A stretch of DNA of 58,909 bases, the filler included, from Platydemus manokwari (taxonomy: Eukaryota), in the NCBI GenBank assembly GCA_037951405.1. It is 6 parts of 6 records of this genome, joined end to end, with 100 filler letters (N's around TTAATTAATTAA, not from the genome) between each part and the next. Parts side by side here need not be neighbours in the genome. Positions count along the whole stretch, not along the records: positions 27,523 to 36,357 come from JBBMOY011342093.1; positions 36,458 to 49,691 come from JBBMOY011791394.1; 4 more parts are not named here. One strand, given 5' to 3'. This document shows, one piece after another, positions 27,523 through 39,237 of the stretch. How positions within the stretch are numbered: the stretch's first letter is position 1; each line of letters opens with the position of its first letter. The position numbers and the translations under genes were made by a program. The notes under the pieces were generated by a model. That model ran no database searches and was not told where the DNA came from. It saw only the letters and a program-made list of their open reading frames with translations.

Positions 27523-27855
27523 AAATAATAATAAAATAATAATAAAAATCATAATTATAATCAAACTCAAAATCAAAATAATGGTAATAATAATCATAAT
27601 AATGACAAATCAAAATAAAAAGATAACCTTTACAAAAGAATAAATTAAAAAAATGAATTTGTGTGCTTACCTTTCCTTTTTATGGGAATCCCTTTGGTTT
27701 TCCAGAGTTTTCTTAATAAAGAACCAATAAATTTGTTGATGTTCATGGTTTTCCAAAAATTATTTTTAAATTCTCAATTTTATTTTTTCGTTATTTTTCT
27801 ATATATAATGATAATAATAATATTAATAATGATAATAATAATGATAATAATAATT
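27523..27855. repeat. (AAT)n-rich low-complexity tracts
   Basis: Runs of aataat/gataat at 27523-27605 and 27805-27855; these explain the spurious Ile/Met-rich ORF 27661-27936. Confidence 0.8.
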
Positions 27856-28314
27856 ACTCTACATAAAAACAAGATGAGAGGGGAAATTTTCTACATACAT
27901 ATTCAGTGTCTCGATAATTTTAAATTTCATCGATAACAATTTGTATGTTTTGAAAATCGTTCACAGGATTGTGTGTTATGCTATTGTTTAGGTGAGTTTG
28001 AATTTCGCACATATTTAGAGGGTTATTGAGAAGAGTTTTGAAGGGGTTTCGAGCCTGAATTGAACATAATTTCTAACTTTTGATTTACTCAACCGATTTT
28101 AATAATTTATATATAAAATTGAAGGAAATTTAATGCGGAATTTAAATAAGGACATTTACGTATAAATTTCATTAAGCTTTAATAAATCTCCTAACTTTTG
28201 TGGAAAATCATTTATAGCATTTAATAACTGGTTTTCAATAATTTTTTCCCTTCAACTTTTGATATTTTATTTGAATATATTTCTTTTGTAATGATATTTT
28301 CTTTTAGAATATCA

Positions 28315-28542
28315 TTAATATTTTTCAATATAAATATATGAAATTATATTTTTATTTTCTGAAGAATTTTTAATGAATTTAACAAATTTAATAATATCAT
28401 ATGTACTATCATGTAAAGTTATTTCATTGTTATTAATAGAAGTGTTAAATTTCGCTATATGGTTTCTTGATTTTTCATGTCCTCTTAAGCCTTGAACATT
28501 TTTAAACAACTTGTTACAAATTTCGCACTTTTTTTCGTTCAT
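28315..28542 (-). pseudogene. C2H2 (matrin/U1-like spacing) zinc-finger ORF, frameshifted downstream; probably mobile-element derived
   Basis: MNEKKCEICNKLFKNVQGLRGHEKSRNH is C-x2-C-x12-H-x5-H. Coding-like sequence continues in other frames toward ~27900 with stops and no clear splice sites. Confidence 0.55.
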
Positions 28543-30176
28543 TTTTAAGCATACTATTTTTAATAGAATTTTATGCATGTTATTTTTATGAATTTTGCCA
28601 ATGCCCTTAATTTTAGAGTAGTATGATACACCAGTCTCCGACGGGAGATTTTGAACCTTCAGCTTTGAGGAAGCGATAAATTTTCTAATATTTAATATAA
28701 TTAGATAATTTAAAATTTTTAAACACTTAGGATTATATTATCAAATTTTCAAACTCAAATTGTTGTTGAATTATGTTATGTTAATACAATTCTAATGATC
28801 AAACGAAAATTTAAATTGAATTCAATTTTTTGAAATTAATAAACACAATTGTTTTAAATTTCGTTAATTAATAATCAAATTTGAATGTTAAAAATTGAAT
28901 TGCTCTTTAAAAATTTAGTTTAATTTTAAATGATACTTAATTAAGGAATCCGTAATTAGTGAAATCACCATTCGGAACTTATATTAAATGATGGCGAAGT
29001 GTAAGGATATAATTTCAATTAAATTTAAATAAACTAACAATTTTTTAGAATTATGAAATGTTGCTAATGAAAGTAAGAATGGAAACTTGACATTAAGATT
29101 TGATGTTCTATTAATGTATTGGTGATGTCGAAGTGTACAATTTTAATTGATATTATATATTGAATTGGAGGAATAAATGAAATGTTAAATGAACATTTCA
29201 ATGTTTTGCTACAAATTTAAATTTAAAATATTTTTAATTCGAAAATTTTTTACTTTTTTTGCATCACAAATTTTAATTTGGTTTCAGACTTGTTTTTTAA
29301 TGCATTTTTTAGTTATTTCTATTAAAGTTATAGGAGATGATCATTTTTTAATGATAAAATGTTTCTTTGTAAATGCGTGCTTGTTGATATTTACTAATTT
29401 TTAATGAGATCCTGGAGAGTATCAAGTATTATTCTTCCTATTAATGAAGTCTCGAATCACTTTTAAACGTAATTATTTGGTTTTGAATCATTTTAACAAT
29501 ATCATTTGAAAACAATAACTGTCAAATATTGCTTTATATTTAAAACTATTAAGATAATGTAGCATTGAATTCCTCCACTTTTAGACTACATGATGTTTTA
29601 TAATCGATTTTTATATTTCAATGCCAGATGTATCTATGAAATATATTTTCATCTCTTCTTGTTTTCGAAAGAATGCCTCGGTTGAAGTTTTATTATATTC
29701 TAGTTTTTATTGAGTTTCCATGGGCTTTAGAAGAATTTATTAATCTGTTATTACATATAGCATTAGATTCATATTGTTAATATTGCATTTTTAATAAACT
29801 TTTCTGTGAGTATATTTGAATATAATTAGTTGATGGAAATACATTAGTTAAGATTTCTATTCCGTTATAATATTGATTGAGAAAAGCTATAAAAATATCA
29901 GTAAACTCGGTGAAAAATTTATACTCAATGTGAGAAAGAAAGTTAAAATATCAAAATTGTTTTACAACAAATTATAAAGGGTAAAATTATTTATTGGATA
30001 ACTAAGAAAGTTGATTAAAATCACTATAACATAATTAATACATCGCTACATCTTAATGAATTCGTTGGATTAGAAATTGGTTGAGGTAGAATTGTGTTTT
30101 CGCCTATTTCTATTTTCTCTTTTTCGTCTGAGTTGGCTGTCCTGTTGTTGTTGGTTACGAGATTCCGGGGATTAAA

Positions 30177-31350
30177 TTAGCTCTCTCGTTCTACCTCAAC
30201 AATTCTTTCTAGGGATTGTACCGTTTCCTTGATCTCCGTGGTTTTCCTTAATTGGGATTGCGATGGCATTTCTTCATCGTCCGTGGCGAAGTATCTCTCA
30301 TCTTTCATATCCACTCGTGCATGCCAAAAAACAAGACAAAGGCAAGGAAGAAACCTAGATGAGAGTTCACAGATCTTCATTTTGTTACCGTTGGGTATTG
30401 ATGCTTCAGTTTTCTGGTCTTGATCTCTATATTTCTGGTTGACTTCTCATCTTTGACGGGGTTCTCATCTATTTTACTTTCTTGTCTTTGTCTTCTTTTT
30501 TTGATTCCTTGGGCTCAATACATTATTGATCTTTCCACCTGGCTTCTACTGCTAAGTGGATCGTATTGATTATATTCAATATTGAGCTTCTTTTATATTT
30601 CATGAATTTCCTTAATGTAGTATATTGGAGAATCAGTCCCTCGTAACTTCTCTTCATGCCATTGTCAGCTTTCATACACCGAGAGTAATTCTTAAAGCTT
30701 TCAGCACTCTGTGATTAATAACCATTAATCGAAGTAAGTTTTTAATATCTTCCTTTGCCAATAATTTATCTTTCTTACCGTGGACTGTTTCTTCTATGAA
30801 GAAACAAATAGCACTTTTTTGTTATCTTCCTGGTCATTTTAATTCTTTGGAACGACCTATGATTTTTTATTTTGAGGTAATCGTTATTTATCTCTCCATT
30901 TTTTCCTTGGATTATCTCGGTATCAAGCCCAAACTTGGTTGTATTTTATCGAATATGGTCTTTGATCACATTCCTCTGTAGTCTTAAAAGTTCATGAGAA
31001 CTATCCTCTTTAGATCTGAACTTGATCCTTCGATCTTAATAGTCTTATAGGGCATGACTATTGTCTTCCATCCTTTCTCCAGGATAGCGACCTGGATTGC
31101 TGTGAGAACGTTATCAATATCTAATTCTGCCTAGTAATCATTCAGCATTTCGATGGCTAATTCGTATTCTTTGGTTGTGCAAGCAAGAACATTTTGCTGT
31201 TTTCTTTTACATTCTTTAGACAGTTTAGTATATCTTGTACTCTTGCTATGCTAATCTACTATGATTTACGTTCATGAAGGCTTTGACTCGATTGTACTTC
31301 AATGTCTTCTTCACGGACATCTCTTCGCTTTTTAGTTTTTAGGATGATTC
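30177..31350 (-). mobile_element. Mutator/MULE-like transposase relic
   Basis: Ordered decayed motifs: PYKTIK...RIVLMNF*DYRG (DxTYKTN..L....D..G), IIGRSKEL...SAICFF (TD....A....H.LC.FH), YSRCMKADNGMKRSYEGL..TLRKFM (W..C...G..T...E), and a SWIM-like KICELSSRFLPCLC. Confidence 0.45.
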
Positions 31351-32289
31351 TGTTTCTGTTTTCTTGTAATTTTTTAGTAGCTCTCTACCTAAGGATTTTC
31401 TTGTTGAGGACGTTGGTTTACTAGTAATTTTGAAACATAAATAACCATTATTATCAATTAATAATCTTTTCACAACAGAACCTATAAAATCTAATCTATA
31501 CAGTAGAGACACTATGAACTGTACTGCCAATCTCTAGTCGCTGTACGTTTCATCAAGGTGGTCGTAGATAACAGTTGCAATATTTTCTGTATCTGTTAGA
31601 AATCGAATCCTGGTTCTATTATATCTACTTCTTCGTATTCTTCAATTTAAAATCGTCCTGATTAATTATTTCAAATATTATACCATATATATAGACTAGC
31701 ACTGGCCTTCTAATGTCTAGTGTCATATCATGTATAATATTCTTCTCATGGAGGACAACTGCTGTGTCACCCCTTTGAATTTCTACAGCGTAATTACTTT
31801 CTGGATTCCAAATACTAATTACATTTAATTTAAACATACACACACACACACATATATATATATATTAATCAGTGCTCGTTTGCACCTAGTTTTCACTTCT
31901 TTTACTTTTTTTAGTCTTTCGCGCACGACTTATTTCGCTCAACACCATTGCTTCGAAATAGTAGAGTCGTGACGATCTGAAAATTTTAAAGTAACTTTTT
32001 GTTTAAATTTTCCTAAATAAACATCTGCTCTATTTTATCCCCTTAGTAATATCGACATTGACACAATTGAATCTAGTTCGCAATCATATTGCGAGTTGAT
32101 TCTGTATGCCTCTACTTCAAAATAAAATTTGGACATTTTTAAGTGTTCTTTGCTACCTTAACATCTGTAGTAAGTATTAATTGTAATAAACACAATGGCA
32201 TAGAAAACCATTTGTGCAACTTCACTCCTTTCTTGGAATCATTGGCGGGTACTGTTTTCGTCTTAGAACTTATCTCATGACGTGTAGAT

Positions 32290-32745
32290 TAGATTTATAT
32301 AAGGCATTTGCATCTATTCGTATGAACAATCATTGGTCCAGCGGGTCCTTTTTCGTTTAAATGAAAATTTGTAAGCAAACCGTTTGTGGGATATCTACTA
32401 ACACCCTATCCTACTTTAATTTGTCATATGTTTGCTTAAAGCTTTTTTTGCTATATTTTATTTCTAATTCAGCTCTCTTCCAAGTAATTCGCGTTCACTT
32501 TTGCATCCCAGTTTTATAATCATTTTTGCCTATGTACTGAGATGAGGGTTGGAAATGTTGTAAATTTATGGCCATGTACATTAGGTACATTCTATAGAAC
32601 GGTGTCTCTTTCGTCATGATGTACACCGTGCTTCTGTACGCATATGGATATGATCCTGTGTATATCCCAGTCTCTTTATTTAGTTCTTGTGTAATAAGAC
32701 CACATATTTCTTAAGGTGTGATTGAATCGTTCTATCAGTAAATCT
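32290..32745 (-). mobile_element. Ty3/gypsy integrase relic (end of the core domain and C-terminal region)
   Basis: LIERFNHTLRNMWSYYTRTK*RDWDIH / AYRSTVYIMTKETPFYRMY ... KQTYDK ... RVLVDIP ... IVHTNRCK match the gypsy ERFNRTL..WD..AYR...T.ETPF.L pattern. Confidence 0.8.
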
Positions 32746-34401
32746 TTTGGAGGTATAACTGACGAGTAATTTAACTTTATCACATGGAATAATTTGCAAA
32801 TTTTAGCAATGATGTTGCTTAGTAAAGATTAAATTTAAAGTTTATTTCGACAACATTTCAGTGGGGAAAATTACATATTTTCATGTGTGCAATCATAATT
32901 GGTTATTCACAAAATTTTCTTTATTGCATATTTATTAATAATCTAATTATTTTGAAATATTTACATACATTTATAGAAAATTATTATGTAAAAAATATTA
33001 TCCTTTACAAAAACTTTTCAACAATTTTATTTAGAAGTTACTTTATGTAAACATCATTTGCTTCTTAAAATATCAACTAATAAAATTAGTTTAACAAATT
33101 TGATGAAAAAATATAATTTATATTTAAATGAAAAATTACATATCTCTCAACTACGCTCATAATTGGTTATCTTTTTTCTTTTAAGTAAGTATAAAGGTGT
33201 GTATTATTGCAGGTGTTTTGAAATTTATAGAAATATATCAAATATATTTTTCTTAAAAGAGTTCTTGAGAGCTTTATAGTTTGCTTGACTTCCTTAAAAA
33301 TTTTGTAATCAATAATTCCCAAATATTTAATTCGAGTACTGAAAGAAGTTACTAACGCAATGATATAAGGTAAGGACAGGATAAAAATATTGAATTTATT
33401 CTATGTTCAAAAGTATATAGGATATTAAGATATAAAAAATATTAAAATATTTTTCATTTATCACAGCATAACTATGTTTTGCTAGGTAGCAATAATGTTT
33501 TTATAAAAATATTCTTTCTAATCAGTTCTGTTTTTTATTCTGCTGCATACATTGCGTGGGGTTTATTTAATAATACTGTAAATAATTTAAATTTAGGTAA
33601 GATTAAAATTAAAAATTAAAAATATTTTTAGATGATTATATTAAAAATATTTAATATTTATATTAATAAAATGGTCTTGCTCAAAAGATTACTGTTTTTT
33701 CTCAATTTATAAAATGAAGATTATAAAAATAAGTGTGATTATTTTATTTTTAAAAAACTGGAAAATAATCTCATATTTGTTTAAAATGGATTTATTATAA
33801 ATACATATTATTTATTAGGTGAAATCATGCCTTTTGATTTAAATATATAAATGAAAACGTTTTAGGCAACTAACACACCGTATTTATGCTTGCGACTTCA
33901 ATTTTAAAACAATGAAATAGACATTGTTCCAACTATTTCAAATCTCAGCAAGACAATGAAAATAAATACTAAATATTGTTCAAAGCTAATGAAATTAATA
34001 AAATTGTAAATTTTTATGTTATCTAACGTAATCTTAATTATATCTCATTGGATTATAAACACAATATTTTGATAGATTGACAAGACGTAAATAAAAATTC
34101 GATTGTAACAACAGACGGTATTAATAAAAGACTCTAGTTTTGTACCTTGAATCGTTTTTTATTTTATTAAAAGTAGTTTTTTATTATTTATTAATAATTA
34201 ATTTCTATTAAATTTCAAATTAAATATTAAAATCAAGTAAATTTAATGAAAACGAAAATATTTTTTAAAAATTATCGTACAGAAAATTAAAATAAAATCT
34301 TCATTGAAGTTTCAATTATCACTTTTGATTGGCTGAGATTTTAAGCCAATATTGGTATATAGTGTTTTGAAAATATTTTATTTAACCATTTTGTGATTTA
34401 T

Positions 34402-35462
34402 ATGTCGCAGAAATACAAAGATATCATTAATGGTTATAACGAAAGTCGAGAATACCTTAACCAGTATACTCGTTTAGTGATTGTGCTAAAGTAAGATCAA
34501 AATTATTTAATTACACTTCAGATAATGTTTTATCTTGTAATTTTAATGAATTTATTACTTTCATGATTGGCTATTTCAACACAATAATGACGATTATTGG
34601 ATTGATGGTGAATGGCTTAGTTATTTATCGATTTTGTAAAATGCCTCATTTTACCAAACACAAATTGTACATGATAGCATTAGCTGTCTCAGATATATTG
34701 ACAAATATTTTTTGTATTTGGTTGTTTCATTTTCCGAATTGGGCACTTCCTGCGATATCGGAAGGCAAATATTTTTGGAATTTTATGTTGAGAAGTGATT
34801 TTCTCTGTAAATTTACACATACTGTGTTTTTCTTCTGGAACCAGATGTCTTTAATAACTTTAGTAATTTGTGGAATCGATAGATGTTTGGCCATAAAATT
34901 ACCACTTCGCTATCGATTATGGGGAAATAAAATAGCAATAATAATTATTATTATTTCAATCATATTGAATGTAATTTTTTCTTCGCCACATTGGATTATC
35001 AGGAAAAGAGAATATACAGTTTCACTGGGTAAATTTAATTGTCATGTAAGTGGACTTCATAGTATTCTTAGAATTTATAATTATTATTTATTACTTTTTC
35101 ACCCTCTTGGTCTTGTTTGGATTTTTATACATTTGGTAATGAATCTTGTATTAATACATGCAATAATCAGTCATTCGAAATATTTAAAGAAATTAAGAAA
35201 TAATGAACAAAATAAAAATAAAAATCGTCGAACGTCTGAGATTAGATCTTGCATCGAAGTATTTACATTATCTACCATATCATTTTTATTAATTTCCACA
35301 TATGCAATATTATATTTTGTGTCGTTTTACTTTCAAGGTATGCCCATACAAGCATTTTTACGTAGTAGTGGTCTCATATCCTTACTTATTTATATAAGTT
35401 CATTAAATATCAACTTTATTCCATTATTAGTAAAATCTTTTAAGAAAATGCGACATTGTTGA
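34402..35462 (+). CDS. Orphan rhodopsin-class (class A) GPCR; exons 34402-34471 and 34522-35462
   Basis: Seven hydrophobic segments with TM1 G..VN, TM2 YMIALAVSD, TM3 C...DRCLAIKLPLRY, TM4 P and an ECL2 Cys. A 50-nt phase-1 GT-AG intron adds the N-terminus MSQKYKDIINGYNESREYLNQYTH, which contains an N-glycosylation sequon (NES). Confidence 0.9.
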
Positions 35463-35782
35463 AAAAATGGGTTTTCTTTTTGACATTAGATTTTGTGATT
35501 AATTGTTGTTTAGATGTACCAGTTTATTGTTTTTTTAATGATTTTCATGCTATTTCTGTACTGTGTCTAAAATGTAGCTTTAAAAGTTCGTATTAGTTAT
35601 AAGATATTTATGTCATGTTATTTACTATAATCATGTGTGTGAAATAAATTCGTCTAGTAGTTATTCATTTTAAAATGATAATTATTTTATCATCATTCTG
35701 TCTTATCCAAATTTCATCTTTATTTTTTAAATTTCAAAATACGTATAACTACAAATAGCAGCAACAATAATAATTCTAACAC

Positions 35783-36100
35783 TTAAAAAATAATTGTGTT
35801 CTTTGGAATTAATTTTCGATAAGCTTCTCCGTATTCTATTTTTAAAATTATGTCATTTAATTTCCTACTAGTAAAAATATCTTTAAAACATTTATTAATA
35901 GCTTTGTTAGATCTCTGTATTAAACAGGTTGAATTAGACGGTAAAAATACCACATCAATAAATTTCAAGTTTACTTGCTTTAAATTAATGCCATCTTGAC
36001 CAGTCTCAATGAATTTTGATCAACCTCAAGATACAATTTATAAAATCTTAATTTACTATTACCTATCTTCACTTCGCGATAGTATTTGATGATAGACCGA
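35783..36100 (-). mobile_element. pogo/Tigger (DDE_1) transposase relic
   Basis: IDVVFLPSNSTCLIQRSNKAINKCFKDIF resembles the pogo consensus V.FLPPNTTSLIQP.DQGII..FK..Y; the catalytic D is lost. Confidence 0.6.
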
Positions 36101-36285
36101 TCAGCAGCAATGATCCGAATATTGTATTTTTCACTATCAGTCTCAAATTCAATTATTTTACAACTATATTTTATCAAATCAACAACTATGAATGCAGTAA
36201 GTTATATTGTTATACACCAAATATAAAATTACAAAATTGCTATTTTTAAACTACAGTATACAATTCCATTAAATAAATTCTATTA

Positions 36286-36357
36286 TTGGGTCTATAACTT
36301 AATAACCAGAATTTGACACCAGATGTAAACACTTGTGTGTGTGCTGTAGCAAATCAT
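36286..36357 (+). mobile_element. Second copy of the young mariner-like terminus, cut by the contig end
   Basis: Preceded by TA; one mismatch over 72 nt to 18244-18315. Confidence 0.7.
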
Positions 36358-36457
36358 NNNNNNNNNNNNNNNNNNNNNNNNNNNNNNNNNNNNNNNNNNN
36401 NTTAATTAATTAANNNNNNNNNNNNNNNNNNNNNNNNNNNNNNNNNNNNNNNNNNNN
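36358..36457. other. Artificial contig spacer
   Basis: N44-TTAATTAATTAA-N44. Confidence 0.98.
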
Positions 36458-36929
36458 TTAAGTAGTTTTTAAAAAATTTTGATTTAAAGTTCAATATATA
36501 AAAATCGGACATTTCATATGGGACAACCTAATAAATAAAATTAATAAAATAATATTATTATTATTATTCAAAATTTGTTCTTTCACCATACAACATCAAC
36601 TATTTGTTCCAGATACACGAAAAGATGAAGATATTTTCCAAACGGTTATTTGGTTAAAATAAGTGGAGTAAACAAATCATCTAGCAATAAATCAAATAAT
36701 TGAAAATCAATAGAAACCAACCTGATAGACCAAAATCTTGTCGTCATTTAGAGTGATAATTTCAGATTAATTATTTAATATCGTAATAGATTTTCACAGG
36801 CATGAACATGATCACTGTGCACTTTACTTTAGCCTAATCTTCTCGTTTCACAATCACCCCGTAATTCATCAATTACCAGACTAAAATCTAAAAAACAGTT
36901 AAGAAACTATAGTTAAGAAACAATAATAA

Positions 36930-38885
36930 AACTCCAAAATTGCAAGCACTGTGTTATGCTTAGAAATCGTCCGTATAACGTTTATCATTGCAATGGTTGA
37001 GTACTTGGGCCATCGATTCCACTGCAGTACTGCATCGACGGCAATTCAATTCTTTACCCTACATTATACGGAGATCTAGGTAATTCAGCAGCAGAAGGTT
37101 CTTTCTACCCAAGACCAGGAAGTTACAAACTTGTAGTGACAACACAATTGAGTCCGAGACTCCCATGGAAACCTTACATAGCGCAATAGACTTAACTAAT
37201 AAACCCTGGCACTATTTCACAGTCCAAGAGATACAACTCAAGAAATCAAACCCATCATGAAGAATAGAAAGCAATTTATCCTTCTCTTTGTTACCTATCA
37301 TATATTGTGAATCCCCTTAGACAACATTTAATAAAGATATGTCCTTCAAGCAAGTCGAATTTATAATTTATGCCTCTCTTCTGCAGAACCCGGACTCTAA
37401 CCAAACCTTCAACCACCAAGAGCCTGTTCCAGCATGCTCATCATCAATTGTGTTGTTTAGTCCTATGGAATTCGTCAACGTCAGAATGATTAAAATGCTT
37501 GTTCATTAGTGCCATCAATCTCTTTTGTGTAAAAAAAGCAAAGATAGAGTCTGAACTGTTCAACAAGAGAAAATCTACTACTATATTCTGGCATTAATAG
37601 TTAATTTTCGCTGGCATAGGGCAAAGACCATCCAACCTCCTACAGGTATATAGAGAGTCATTATTAGGTGATAAAAAAAAGATAAATCCTATTTTTTTCT
37701 TAAATAACTGTCTGATTTTTTCATCGAAAGCAAGTTTCCTGAGCTTACTACCCATCTACCTCTAGTGTGATAGGGAAGAGATAAAATACTCACTTCTCTG
37801 TTTTGAAGGTAAAACGGCAGTCTAGAATGTAGAAACACTCTAAAGGCATTTAGACTTTGGATCGGATGTAAGTTCTTATTACAAATAAACTCGAAGTCGG
37901 AAATGAGATTATTTTAAATGTAATTAAAATCTTTCCTCTTTGAGGAACCAAAGGAACTTCAAGATATTTGTTTGATTCTTTTCATCGACTTCTGGAATAT
38001 CAATATCGTATATTTTGAGAACCGTTCTTTTCATCGAATCAGTACAATGCATTCAATCAAATTAAAAGTAAGGTAAACCTTACTAGCGAAATACACAATT
38101 CGAACTAACAACTCAACAATCCTTGGTGTATCACTAGAAATAACTACCAAGTCGTCAGCATAAGCCATTATAGAAATTTCTATATCAGATAATAGGAGAG
38201 GTCTCGGTAAATTATTAACAGACTTAACAAGGAAATCTATCGATAAACGGAACAAAGACACCCACAAAGGATAACCTTGTTTGACACTCTTAACTAAATC
38301 AAAAGAAGGAGTGACTTTACTCTCATAGTGATATGTAGTATTCAAGCCACTATACAAATTCTTCAGAAGGTCGGTTGTGCTGAATGCACAACCCATCTTT
38401 TCCAGAGTCAAATAAATTAACTCATGAGACCAGCTAGGAAAAGCATCCTTAAGATCTAACCAAAAGAAATGGGAATTTGCCCTTGACATTTTACAAGATT
38501 CGTAAATAAATTGAAGGCATGCATTGTGCTCAGCACAACCATTCTCAGACAAAAGCGTTTTTTTTTTATTTCCAGAGATTAAATCCCCCACTGGTAATCC
38601 AATTGATCATACGAACGTTAATAATGTTACAAAACAATCTATATGTCATGTCCATTAGCGTAATTGGTCGCCAAGATGACACTAAGTGTGCTTGCCCATC
38701 CTTCAGTGTTTTTAATATAAGAGAAGTCCTAAACGGTTTCCACTGATCCAGCACTATCCCTGAACTTAACACTAGATTTAAGAACCTATGCAAAAACACA
38801 AATTTAAGATCAATCTCACACCAATCCTTGAACAACAAGCCATCGTTACCAGGAGCAGATTTTATCGAGGTTTTGAAAGCACAGT
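36930..38885 (-). mobile_element. Non-LTR retrotransposon relic of the R2/NeSL/Utopia (RLE) group: RT plus C-terminal CCHC
   Basis: RT motifs KSAPGNDG, SSWRPITL...YRLF, GCAEHN, WLDLKDAF.S.SH, VKQGYPL, MAYADDLV, YLEVP. Downstream CRRCSTAVESMAQVLNHC...KHNTVL at ~36945-37043. Several frameshifts. Confidence 0.9.
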
Positions 38886-39237
38886 GTATGTAACATCTAC
38901 TATGACTATTTATATTATGTCATCATACATACCGAACCACATGTGTTATTAGTTTTTGATTTTTAAATCGATATGTAATAATAAATACTTTCGATTAGCA
39001 TCTAATTTTATACTGATAAAATCACGGACCTTAAAACTTCATCTCAATTTGTCTTGTCATTAATTTCGCATAACAAAGTAGATTTAGAGCGTTGTGATTT
39101 ATTAATGCATCCATTTTGTCAATTGCATCATCTAAACTGTGTTGAACATTTGTGAAAATGAATATTGATGAATTATTGATAAAATTATGAATAATTGTGT
39201 TGTATTTTTTAATATGAACGATAAATTCTATTCCTAG

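Noticed and set aside
19616-29404. Short hydrophobic Phe/Ile-rich ORFs (19616, 22870, 27661, 29189)
   Set aside because: Expected by chance in very AT-rich, low-complexity DNA; no motifs or splice support.
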